Shown here in pieces: positions 1 to 8,222 of a stretch of 64,000 nucleotides of DNA. Position 1 is the first letter of the stretch. Each line of letters begins with the position of its first letter. The position numbers and the translations under genes were made by a program. This DNA comes from a virus. The notes under the pieces were generated by a model that did not search any database, was not told the DNA's origin, and saw only the letters and a program-made list of their open reading frames with translations. The stretch lies in IMG/VR virus record IMGVR_UViG_3300047320_000210, positions 1-64,000 of that record; one strand, given 5' to 3'.

Positions 1-100
1 GAAAAACCTGATCGACGTCGGGCTCTTTGGCGAACGCCTGCGTTTGCAGCGCCAAATTTTGCTTCTCCTTGTCGGAGATCCTGCCGTAGCAGAATTTCAT
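1..100 (-). CDS. Serine recombinase (resolvase/invertase family), N-terminus only; gene runs off the window edge
   Basis: Not in the ORF track. Manual translation from ATG at 100 gives MKFCYGRISDKEKQNLALQTQAFAKEPDVDQVF, matching the resolvase Y-x-R-x-S...Q-N-L-x-x-Q catalytic N-terminus; RBS AGGAGG upstream. Confidence 0.85.
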   Translation of the reverse strand, partial: MKFCYGRISDKEKQNLALQTQAFAKEPDVDQVF

Positions 101-127
101 AGCTGTACCTCCTAGGAGAGTGGTGGG

Positions 128-295
128 AATTCTCAAAACTCAAGGCAAACGGAAATTTTCTCACAACTCGCGTTTGGGGGGTGGTTTCGAGAAAAGGTTT
201 TGAGAGAGGTATTTGAGAACGGGAAACGCCCGGTTTTTGGGCCGGGCTATTTCCCTCTCAAAATTTCGCAAATGCGACCGTTATTGAGAACGGCC
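128..295. promoter_or_regulatory. Probable res site / resolvase promoter region
   Basis: About seven copies of TTCTCA(A/C)AA / TTGAGA in both orientations (near 130, 158, 186, 198, 212, 255, 284) directly upstream of the resolvase. Confidence 0.55.
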
Positions 296-306
296 AAACG
301 CGGGGT

Positions 307-645
307 TTAGCGCTTTTTGTCGCGCCGGTGGGATTTGCTCATGGCCTTGGCCAACTCCCGGCCAAACGTGCCACGTTGCGCTTTTTTCTCCGCGCGCTGT
401 TTCGCCTGGAGCAGCCCAGGCGCGCGCGGCTGTTGCGCGTTTTCCTCCAGCGCGTGAATCAGTTGCGCTTGCCGAAGTTGGTAAAGCACGCGCGGGATCA
501 AATCGGCCCGGTCGCGCTCGCGATCTGCAAGGTCGGCAGAAAACAGGCTCGCGGGGGACCGGTCGCCGAAGTCGTCGCCCCACATGGATTCCGTCGTGTG
601 GTGTCGTCGCCAGTCACTGGCGCCTGTCGAATCGTCAAAGGCCAT
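307..645 (-). CDS. Hypothetical protein with basic C-terminus
   Basis: ORF 307..681; AGGAGG spaced correctly for ATG at 645. Confidence 0.6.
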   Translation of the reverse strand: MAFDDSTGASDWRRHHTTESMWGDDFGDRSPASLFSADLADRERDRADLIPRVLYQLRQAQLIHALEENAQQPRAPGLLQAKQRAEKKAQRGTFGRELAKAMSKSHRRDKKR

Positions 646-658
646 GGTCATTCCTCCT

Positions 659-678
659 ACGCGCCACATGTGGCGCGT
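659..678. repeat. Perfect palindrome ACGCGCCACATGTGGCGCGT, copy 1 of a 16-bp core
   Basis: Core GCGCCACATGTGGCGC recurs exactly at 1403-1418 and 1656-1671. Confidence 0.9.
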
Positions 679-709
679 CACATGCGCCGAAAAAATCAGG
701 CGCGCACAC

Positions 710-741
710 GAAAGCCCCCCGACTAGCGGGGGGGCGTTTTC
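710..741 (-). terminator. Intrinsic terminator, possibly bidirectional
   Basis: GCCCCCCG-ACTAG-CGGGGGGGC stem with A/T flanks just past the stop of ORF 754..1941. Confidence 0.65.
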
Positions 742-753
742 ACGTCTGGCGGT

Positions 754-1941
754 TTAGCTGTTTTGCGCGTCCAGCTTTGCCGCTGCGCGCGCTGCGTCGT
801 CAGTGGCTTTAGCTTTAATCGCGTTGGCGATAGACAGCGCGCTCAAACTGACGTTTTGCGCCTCCTGCGCCGTCCGGTCACGTTTCGCTTGCTCAGTGGT
901 CACGAATTCGACCATGGCAGACCATGCTGCGCCATCCAGCGCAGCCAACCCCACAAGAGCGCCTTCGGTTGACTTGCCGAAGGCGCCGACGACAGCTTTA
1001 GTCGCTTTTTCGGCAGTGGTCGCGCCCCCCTCAAGATCAACTTCGGAATAGTTGCCGGTCTGCAAATTGACCTTTACGCCATACTTTTTAAGCTGGCGCT
1101 CTATCCGCATGCCGATGGTATTCCGCGCCCCCTTGCAGGCTGCGCTGCGCTGCTTTGCCGTCGCATCGTCGGGCATGCTCTCAAGAGCTTTTTCTTGCGC
1201 TGCTTTTATGGCGATGTTGGCAAGGCCAACATATTCGACCAACAACGGCGCAGAGTCGGCGCAGAGTGGGAAGTCGGCCGCTGTCGGCTCGCCATCCTTG
1301 CCGAATTCGCACAGCTCAAGGTCCAGCAGCACAGCGACAGGGAGAAACATTTTATCGCCCAGCGTCTGCGCCCACTTAACCGCATCTTTTCTATGGGTTG
1401 ACGCGCCACATGTGGCGCCGTGACTGCGTGCACTTTTCACCAACTTGGCAAAGGCGACGTCGTCGGCGCCCCGTTTTTCCGCTTGCTCAACACCGTAGTC
1501 CGACAGCTCTGCCGCCAGCTTGCTTTCGGCGATAGCTGACAAGTCAGGGATAGCAACATCAGCCGTAGCCTTGTATGCGCGCCCCACTGCCGCTGCTTTA
1601 GCTTTGTCGATGGTCACTTTGCTGACAGGCGACAGCTTGCCACCAACATCGACAGGCGCCACATGTGGCGCCGACAGGGTATCGAACTTAGCGCGCAGTG
1701 CTGGCAGAACATCAGCCTCATCTGCCAGCTCTGCAAACAAGGCTGCACAGCCGGTCTCGCCCAGCTTGCCCAGCAAGGCAGCAAGGGGGAGCGGCTCAAG
1801 GCTGCACAGCACAGCGCCTATCTCGCTGCTGTGCAGGCTGCTGAAAGTGTCTTGCAGGCTAGCCCCGTCTGGGCAAGCGGCAAGGGTGGCGGCAAGGTCT
1901 GACAGGCTAGCTGTCTGAGACCACTTGGCTTGACTGTTCAT
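754..1941 (-). CDS. Hypothetical Ala/Lys-rich protein, 395 aa
   Basis: Long ORF with GGGAG RBS; codon usage looks less GC-biased than core genes. Confidence 0.75.
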   Translation of the reverse strand: MNSQAKWSQTASLSDLAATLAACPDGASLQDTFSSLHSSEIGAVLCSLEPLPLAALLGKLGETGCAALFAELADEADVLPALRAKFDTLSAPHVAPVDVGGKLSPVSKVTIDKAKAAAVGRAYKATADVAIPDLSAIAESKLAAELSDYGVEQAEKRGADDVAFAKLVKSARSHGATCGASTHRKDAVKWAQTLGDKMFLPVAVLLDLELCEFGKDGEPTAADFPLCADSAPLLVEYVGLANIAIKAAQEKALESMPDDATAKQRSAACKGARNTIGMRIERQLKKYGVKVNLQTGNYSEVDLEGGATTAEKATKAVVGAFGKSTEGALVGLAALDGAAWSAMVEFVTTEQAKRDRTAQEAQNVSLSALSIANAIKAKATDDAARAAAKLDAQNS

Positions 1942-2066
1942 CTAGTAGCACTCCCGTTGACAGAGAGCGCCAGCTTGCCAATGACATTGTTAGTTACGCC
2001 ACCAACTGCGCCACCTAGGACGACAGCTAGGGCAACGGCGATAAGCACAACGGCAAAGGCTCTCAT
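1938..2066 (-). CDS. Small single-pass membrane peptide, 42 aa
   Basis: AAGGAG RBS; MRAFAVVLIAVALAVVLGGAVGG hydrophobic helix; ATGA overlap with next gene. Confidence 0.6.
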   Translation of the reverse strand: MRAFAVVLIAVALAVVLGGAVGGVTNNVIGKLALSVNGSATR

Positions 2067-2260
2067 GGCTGGGCTCTCCTTAGTGCTGGCAGTGGCAAGG
2101 CGCCATGGCATCAGCAGAACACGCATACATCTGAGAGCAAGCCTAGTCCACCCCATACCGGCACACAAGCATTTTTTAAAAGAGACGCCACCCCCTGACG
2201 CCTGGGCAACACCTGGACGACAGACGCCTGGGCGCAGCCTGGCTAAAGCATGATAAGCAC

Positions 2261-2277
2261 AGCAACAAACGTGCCAG
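2261..2277 (-). promoter_or_regulatory. Sigma54 (RpoN)-type -24/-12 promoter
   Basis: Minus strand reads CTGGCACGTTTGTTGCT, matching TGGCAC-N5-TTGC, in non-coding DNA upstream of the leftward operon. Confidence 0.55.
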
Positions 2278-2786
2278 TATGCAACAAACAAGCCACCCAC
2301 CCCACACTTTTTTCCGACCGACGGACTTGACACACCTCCCTACAGACCCCCTCGCCACCCAGAACCCCCTCAAAATCCCATGGGTACAAAGTACATGAGG
2401 AAATAATCGTGCCAATTAACGCACCACGTTAAAACAATTGCACACCCATACCGGCACACCAAATCACCCCGAAAAGCCCCCCGCCACCGCCGTTCACCCC
2501 CGCCAACCGTGCTACCGTTACCCCCGCGCAGCCCCGGTCAGGTCCCCACGGACGGGTGCCCGACACTCCCCTCGACCGGGGCCGCGCCCTCCCCTTATTT
2601 GCCCCGAAATACCGGCAACCCGCCGCCCTCTTGGAACCGCCCAACGGCCGTGCTACCGTGCCCTCGCGAGGCTCGCAACTTCACCGAGGCAACACGGTGG
2701 TGGCCCGTCCCGAGTGGTCCCGGTCCCGGTGCTCATCCCGTCGCTGGACCGGGCGCCGCTCACCCTCTTTCCGCACGGAGCGCCGC

Positions 2787-3098
2787 ATGACCCCCAGTGA
2801 CGCCCTCGACCACGACATTCACAGCTTCGGCCGCCCCGACCTGAACACCCCGCGTGGCTGCACCGTGTACCGCTCCCGGGTGCTGCTGGCGATCACCACG
2901 CGCCTGCTGCTCCTGGGCAGGTTCGGCGCCCGCGAGGCGCTGGCGCTGCACACCCGGATCACCCTGCACCTGTATTCCCTGCACGCCTTGGGTGTGCTCA
3001 CCCGCGTCGAGCTGGACCTTGGCCTCGCCGACGTGCGCCGCCACTACGAACGCGACCAGCCCGCGCTGGTGGACCTGCTATTTGAAAAGGAAGAATGA
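2787..3098 (+). CDS. Small helical hypothetical protein, paralogue of 3095..3406
   Basis: GGAG RBS before ATG 2787; shares PDL...YRS.VL.AI...ALH...L.LGLAD...YER with next gene. Confidence 0.75.
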   Translation: MTPSDALDHDIHSFGRPDLNTPRGCTVYRSRVLLAITTRLLLLGRFGAREALALHTRITLHLYSLHALGVLTRVELDLGLADVRRHYERDQPALVDLLFEKEE

Positions 3099-3406
3099 CG
3101 ATGCCGACCATCGAAACCCTCGACGAAGCCATCAACCGCCTGCCCGCGCCCGACCTGACCGACGCGCAGGCCGCCGCCGACTACCGCAGCGGCGTGCTGA
3201 TCGCCATCGTCCGCCAGTTGCAGATCCTCCACCTGCGCCCGGCCGACAGCGCCTTGCACCTGCACACGCAGATCCTCAAACAGCTGTGGGCGCTGCACGC
3301 CATCGGCCTGCTCGATGACGACCGCCTGCAACTCGGCCTCGCCGATCTGGCCCGCGCCTACGAACGCGAGCACCCCGGCCTGCTGGAGCGTGTCAGTCAT
3401 GCCTGA
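3095..3406 (+). CDS. Small helical hypothetical protein, paralogue of 2787..3098
   Basis: Coupled ORF with end-to-end similarity to previous gene. Confidence 0.8.
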   Translation: MTMPTIETLDEAINRLPAPDLTDAQAAADYRSGVLIAIVRQLQILHLRPADSALHLHTQILKQLWALHAIGLLDDDRLQLGLADLARAYEREHPGLLERVSHA

Positions 3407-3707
3407 GCACACCCGCAACCTCGACGCCGCGAAATTTGCCGCGCTGGCCACCTTTGGTGCGCGCTTTAACGCCTTGTGCGACCAGATCGACCCGTTGTTG
3501 GCCCTCGTCGAAGCCACCCACCTCAAGGGCCGCCTCGCCGTGCTGGTGCAGCTCGATGTGATCGTCCCCGCCGACGCCCATAAGGCCCGGCAGATGCTCG
3601 ACCTGCTGCTGGACAGCATCCTCGACACCTTCCTCGACGAGCGTTACGACACCGCCCCGGTGCGCGGCGTGGTGGCGTCCCTGTGCACCCATGTGAAGGG
3701 CCTCTGA
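3399..3707 (+). CDS. Small helical hypothetical protein
   Basis: Coupled ORF with GGAG RBS. Confidence 0.7.
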   Translation: MPEHTRNLDAAKFAALATFGARFNALCDQIDPLLALVEATHLKGRLAVLVQLDVIVPADAHKARQMLDLLLDSILDTFLDERYDTAPVRGVVASLCTHVKGL

Positions 3708-3708
3708 C

Positions 3709-3975
3709 ATGCCCGAATTTACCGAACACGAACGCGCCCGCTTTCACGCCATGGCCCGCCAGCAGATCCGTTTTGTCACCCTTGCCCCCACCGTCGAGGC
3801 CGCGAGCAACCGCCGCTTCCTCGCGCAGGGTTACCTGTTGGCCATGGCCGAGGTCGAAGCCTGGACGCCGGAAATGGCCGAGCTGCTGGAGGATGAACTG
3901 CGCATGGCGGTGAGTGGGCAGATCGACGAACTGATGCAGCAGGTGTTGGCCAACACCCTGCGGCCGACCGAGTAA
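3709..3975 (+). CDS. Small helical hypothetical protein, paralogue of 3983..4273
   Basis: Shares IRFV.LAPT.EAA..R.FLA.GYL with next gene. Confidence 0.8.
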   Translation: MPEFTEHERARFHAMARQQIRFVTLAPTVEAASNRRFLAQGYLLAMAEVEAWTPEMAELLEDELRMAVSGQIDELMQQVLANTLRPTE

Positions 3976-3982
3976 CGCCGCC

Positions 3983-4273
3983 ATGCCCTTCTACACCGAC
4001 CACGACCTCGCCCTGCTGCTCAACAATGCGCGGGGGCGCATCCGCTTTGTCAGCCTCGCGCCGACCGCCGAGGCGGCCAACTGCCGCAGCTTCTTGGCCC
4101 TCGGCTACCTGCAATGTCTGGTCGAGAGCGAAGCCTGCACCAGCGAGCAGTTCGACGTGCTGAGCGCCGAGCTGTACGCCGCCACCCTCGCCCACTTCGA
4201 CACGCTCACCGAGTTCGACGCGCTGGCCGTGCAGATGCAGCGCGGTGCGTTGCTGTCGGAGGCGGTGCAATGA
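3983..4273 (+). CDS. Small helical hypothetical protein, paralogue of 3709..3975
   Basis: Clear similarity to previous gene. Confidence 0.8.
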   Translation: MPFYTDHDLALLLNNARGRIRFVSLAPTAEAANCRSFLALGYLQCLVESEACTSEQFDVLSAELYAATLAHFDTLTEFDALAVQMQRGALLSEAVQ

Positions 4274-5037
4274 CCTATGACGGCAAATGGCAGGACAGTT
4301 TCGACAAGCTGCCGGTCACCGGCAGCTGCGACGGTGGCTGTGGCAAACCCGCCACCACCTGGTTCGGTCGCACCAGCTGCGCCACCTGTGGCGACAGCGC
4401 CTGCGTGAAGGTGCTGCAGGACAGCTACGACCGCGAGGGCGAGGTGCCGGACTTCGGCCACGTCCAACCGCAACCCGCGTGGCCCCGCCCGACCCTGGAA
4501 CACGAACTGCACGAGGCACTGGCGAAGGTCGCCGGGCTGGAAGAATGGGTGGAGAACCTGCAGCTGGACAGGGCGGGGTTTAAAGCCACGGCGGGGGTGC
4601 TGGCCGCCGAGCTGCGCAGAGCCGAGGACCGCATCGCCGTGCTGGAAGCGGCCGTGCGCGCCAACCATGAGTGGCACCGGGCCTACGACGACCACGGCGG
4701 CTACGCCAAGTCGGGGCTGGACCAGACCAACCTCGCGGCGCTGTATGCGCAGGCCGACCCGGAGCGGGACCAGAAGATCGCCGACTGGCACGAAGGCCGC
4801 GCCGGCCTCGATCAGGAACTGCACGAATACCTCGGCCTGAGCTGGGACGAGTATGCGCAGTGGGCCAACCCCCGGCCGCGACCGCACCCCGCGCTGGCCA
4901 TCGTGCTGGAGAAGGTCGACGACCTCTGCGAACGCTTCGAACTGGAGGGGCTGCACAGCCACCCGACCTACAAGCAGTTCAAGCGGCTGTTTGCCGAGCT
5001 GGCGGCGCTGAAAACGGAACCCCGGAGTGAGCCATGA
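4270..5037 (+). CDS. Mosaic hypothetical protein (Cys-rich N-terminus, coiled coil)
   Basis: ATGA coupling; C-x3-C and C-x2-C-x4-C cluster followed by heptad-rich segment. Confidence 0.7.
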   Translation: MTYDGKWQDSFDKLPVTGSCDGGCGKPATTWFGRTSCATCGDSACVKVLQDSYDREGEVPDFGHVQPQPAWPRPTLEHELHEALAKVAGLEEWVENLQLDRAGFKATAGVLAAELRRAEDRIAVLEAAVRANHEWHRAYDDHGGYAKSGLDQTNLAALYAQADPERDQKIADWHEGRAGLDQELHEYLGLSWDEYAQWANPRPRPHPALAIVLEKVDDLCERFELEGLHSHPTYKQFKRLFAELAALKTEPRSEP

Positions 5038-5245
5038 CGCCGACCGCAAGGCCCTGCTGGCCTACCTGTACCGCGCGCTGGACCTGTTGCCCGGGGTCCC
5101 CGAGAGCATGCGCCAGACCCTGCGCACCTCGTGCCTGAAGACGGTCAGGCGCCTGCAGGCGCAGGGCGCGTTGACCGTCGGCGAGGCCAAACACCTGAAC
5201 GACCGCGCCCGTGACCCCACCCCCAAAGGACTGTTCCATGACTGA
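5027..5245 (+). CDS. Small hypothetical protein
   Basis: Coupled ORF within the operon. Confidence 0.6.
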   Translation: MSHDADRKALLAYLYRALDLLPGVPESMRQTLRTSCLKTVRRLQAQGALTVGEAKHLNDRARDPTPKGLFHD

Positions 5246-5654
5246 CGACCCGACCCGCATCCCCGACGACCCGCGCATCCTCAAACTGGTGCCGGGCACG
5301 GTCAGCGTCACCCTGCGCAGCGTGCCGGTGCTGGGCAGCATCAGCGGCGACGACGAGTACACCACCGCCGAGATTGAACAGCTGGCGAAGGCGAAGCAGC
5401 TGCACGACAACCTCAAGCAGCTGACGGAGGTCCGCCAACAGGCCCGCAGCACCAGCGCCATGGGCGCCAATTTCCTGCTCGGCTGCTGCACCGGCACCCT
5501 GATGAACCTGCGCCACCTGCTGCCACACGCGGAAGTCGCGGCGCTGGCCGGGCAGGTCAAGGCCGAGTTCGCCGAACTCTGGCCGGAGATCAACCCGGCC
5601 TTCATCCGCTTGCTGGACCAGATGATCACCCACCCAAAAGGAAGCACCTCATGA
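5238..5654 (+). CDS. Hypothetical protein
   Basis: AAGGA RBS, coupled ORF. Confidence 0.7.
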   Translation: MTDDPTRIPDDPRILKLVPGTVSVTLRSVPVLGSISGDDEYTTAEIEQLAKAKQLHDNLKQLTEVRQQARSTSAMGANFLLGCCTGTLMNLRHLLPHAEVAALAGQVKAEFAELWPEINPAFIRLLDQMITHPKGSTS

Positions 5655-5890
5655 TTGAGTTAGGGAAGGCAGGACGCGACAAGGTCACCGGTTTTGAAGG
5701 GATCATCACCGCGCGGGCGCAGTACCTCACCGGCTGCGACCAATACAACCTGGTGCCGCCGGTGAAGGACGGCAAACTGGACAACGCGCAGTGGTTTGAC
5801 GAGGGGCGGATCGAGATCGTCGGCATCGGCATCAGCGCCGGCGACGTGGCCGGGCCGAGACCCGGCGGGCCACAGCGCGAGGCGCCGTAA
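5651..5890 (+). CDS. Conserved small phage protein
   Basis: LG...RDKVTGFEG.ITA...YLTGC.QY...WFDE.R pattern, familiar from phage hypotheticals. Confidence 0.8.
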   Translation: MIELGKAGRDKVTGFEGIITARAQYLTGCDQYNLVPPVKDGKLDNAQWFDEGRIEIVGIGISAGDVAGPRPGGPQREAP

Positions 5891-5892
5891 AT

Positions 5893-5928
5893 AAAAGAGC
5901 CCCCGGCGAGTGAGGGCGCCGGGGGCTC
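5893..5928. terminator. Intrinsic terminator between convergent operons
   Basis: GAGCCCCCGGCG-AGTGAGGG-CGCCGGGGGCTC 12-bp stem; T-tract on the minus strand. Confidence 0.8.
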
Positions 5929-6014
5929 AGTGCTTCAGGACTCACAACAGCAGCAAGCAGCCAAGGAGGGGCCACGGACTTGAGTGTAGCGCAGGGTTTA
6001 CACTTGGCCAGCGG

Positions 6015-6638
6015 TCAATCGTCGTCGGCGTTGGGGTCGCCGAGCAACAAATCGCCCTGCTTGGCCCTGGCCTGCTCCAGCTCCAGCTGTTTGGCGGCCT
6101 TGGTCCCGGCGCGCACGTAGTCGTTGACGACGCGCAGGCGATCCCCTTTGTAGAACAGGTTCGGGTTGACCCAGTAGAGGTTTTCGCGGCGCTGCACCGG
6201 GGCCAGAAAGCCTTTCACGCACAGCTCGTTGATGCCGTTGTTGTAGCTGGTCCGCGACTTACTGAATTCATAGTCGAGGTGGATCACGTCGTAGCTGATG
6301 TACATCTGATCCGGCTGGTGTTTCTGTTCCAAGTACACACCGAGGACCGCCCGAAACACGTCCTTGGCCGGCTTGGTCAGCTCGAACACCTCCATGATCC
6401 CGGCGCCGAAGAATTTGATGAATTCTTCCTTGTCGACTATCTTCTGCACCCCGATCACCGCCATGTCGCCCGCGATCTCGCCGGTGTTCTGGTTGATCAG
6501 GGCGTGGCTGGCACTGGCGAAGCCGGTCACCCGGCGGCCTTTCTTGATGGTGTGCACCAGCTCACCGGCCCACGGGTTGTCCCTGACCGCGATCACTTCG
6601 GCGCGGGAGGTGTAATAGCCCTTTTTCTCATCAGTCAC
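6015..6638 (-). CDS. repL: RepL-family plasmid/phage replication initiator (winged HTH)
   Basis: C-terminal TSYNNGINELCVKGFL...YWVNPNLFYKGDR and N-terminal IN.NTGEI, typical of RepL-type proteins. Confidence 0.7.
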   Translation of the reverse strand: MTDEKKGYYTSRAEVIAVRDNPWAGELVHTIKKGRRVTGFASASHALINQNTGEIAGDMAVIGVQKIVDKEEFIKFFGAGIMEVFELTKPAKDVFRAVLGVYLEQKHQPDQMYISYDVIHLDYEFSKSRTSYNNGINELCVKGFLAPVQRRENLYWVNPNLFYKGDRLRVVNDYVRAGTKAAKQLELEQARAKQGDLLLGDPNADDD

Positions 6639-6639
6639 G

Positions 6640-6890
6640 TAGAATCTACCCCTTGTTTTCTACTTATTCGGTAAGGCTTTCAACAACTTCGGTGCGAATA
6701 CTATAGTCAAATCCACCAAAACGGTAGAAAAATCAGATACTTTTCTACCGCCCGGCGCAGACTTTCTACGAATTTGTCTGGAACCTGGTGAGGTTTTCTA
6801 TCGGTTTGGTAGAAAATACACATGGTTTTCTACCAAAACAGTCGCAATTTCGCATCGCCACAGTGTGAATTTCACATCGACCCCCCGCGG
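6640..6890. promoter_or_regulatory. Candidate replication origin / RepL operator with TTTTCTAC repeats
   Basis: AT-rich; two inverted pairs GGTAGAAAA-N9-TTTTCTACC (6723-6749, 6808-6834) and half-sites near 6655, 6763, 6793. Confidence 0.7.
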
Positions 6891-7038
6891 AAACAAAGGG
6901 CTGCAGTGATTGCCCTTCTTAATCTTATATATAGGGGTGTTTCAGTGCCCTAACAGCCTGACGCCTCGCTGCGCTCGTTGTCGGGCCTGAAAAGCCCCGG
7001 CGCATGAAGCCGCACCGGACCTTTCCCGACCTGACGTT

Positions 7039-7305
7039 TCACAGCGCCACCACGCTCGGTTCCAACCGCGCCACCCGCAGCACCGAGTGGGCCACCGCGC
7101 CAATGTCGAGGTCCAGCGCCTCGCACAGCTTGGCCACCAGCATGAACGACGGCGCACTCTGCCCGTGCTCGATCTCCCACAGGTAGGACTTCGACGTCCC
7201 GACCAGCTTGGCCACGTCGTCCAGGGTCAGCCGCAGGGCCTTGCGCTGGACGTAGCAGAGTTGCCCCAGGTACTCCATTTCCGGGGTTGCCGGGGTGCCG
7301 CTCAT
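7039..7305 (-). CDS. XRE-family HTH regulator
   Basis: RKALRLTLDDVAKLVGTSKSYLWEIEHGQSAPS. Confidence 0.9.
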   Translation of the reverse strand: MSGTPATPEMEYLGQLCYVQRKALRLTLDDVAKLVGTSKSYLWEIEHGQSAPSFMLVAKLCEALDLDIGAVAHSVLRVARLEPSVVAL

Positions 7306-7326
7306 GGTTGTTGTTCACTCATAGGC

Positions 7327-7569
7327 TCATTCCTTTGAATCTGTTTGTTGTTGTTCGGCATCGCGCAGCGCCCGTCTCAAGTCGCCCTTGGTGCGTTTGC
7401 GGGCAAACGGGCAGCTCGGGGTGTACGAGGCATAGACCGGCCGGGTGTGGGGCCGGCGGAACACCAGGTGGGTGCCGCCGGTGATGTCACAGGTAAAGCC
7501 CAACTCCTTGGCCCAGTCCAGCAGTGCGCGCAGTTCTGGACCGCCGCCCCGCGTGACGGCGGTCATCAC
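7327..7569 (-). CDS. HicA-like dsRBD-fold protein
   Basis: LLDWAKELGF...GGTHLVFRRP...TPS pattern. Confidence 0.65.
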   Translation of the reverse strand: MMTAVTRGGGPELRALLDWAKELGFTCDITGGTHLVFRRPHTRPVYASYTPSCPFARKRTKGDLRRALRDAEQQQTDSKE

Positions 7570-8222
7570 GCACCTTTGCGGCTCTTCGCCGCTTTCTTCG
7601 CCACGGCCTGCTCGACCGCCGCCACCGTCGCGGCCGGTATCGCAGCCGTGGTCGCCGGCCCGGAACGCAAGCTGCGCGTGGCGTTGCTGACACTGGCGTA
7701 GCCTTGCGTCACCCCGGCCCCGCTGGCGGCAAAGGTGTGCGCGTGGGCACCGCTCATGCCGTAGAACTGCGCGGTGGCGAAGGCGTCCTGGTTGGCCGCG
7801 AGGAACACGAAGACCCAGCCCTTGGCCTCGGCCTGCCCCACGAGGTCGCGCACCATCGGCGCGTTGAATTCCTTGCTCTGGTTTTCCCCGCCATCGGTGG
7901 TGATGCAGACGATGACTTTCTCGGCCCAGCCCTCGGCCGCGATCCGTGCCCCTTCCACCTGCAGGGTGCGCCCGATGGCGTCCATCAACGCCGTACCGCC
8001 CCGTGGCACGAAGGTCGCCGAGGTCAGCGGCTCGGCCTCGGCCAGCGGCTTGGCGGCGTACAGCACCTGGTACTGGTCATCGAACAACACGACCGTCAGC
8101 CGCGCTTCGCCCTCGATCGCCTGTTGGTCCTTGAGGAAGGTGTTGAAGCCGCCGATGGCGTCGGCGGCAATCGTGGCCATGGAGCCACTGATGTCGAGTA
8201 CCGCGAGAATTTCAGTATTCAT
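7566..8222 (-). CDS. von Willebrand factor A domain protein
   Basis: MIDAS motif LDISGSM, GGTALMDAIG, ITTDGGEN. Confidence 0.9.
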   Translation of the reverse strand: MNTEILAVLDISGSMATIAADAIGGFNTFLKDQQAIEGEARLTVVLFDDQYQVLYAAKPLAEAEPLTSATFVPRGGTALMDAIGRTLQVEGARIAAEGWAEKVIVCITTDGGENQSKEFNAPMVRDLVGQAEAKGWVFVFLAANQDAFATAQFYGMSGAHAHTFAASGAGVTQGYASVSNATRSLRSGPATTAAIPAATVAAVEQAVAKKAAKSRKGA

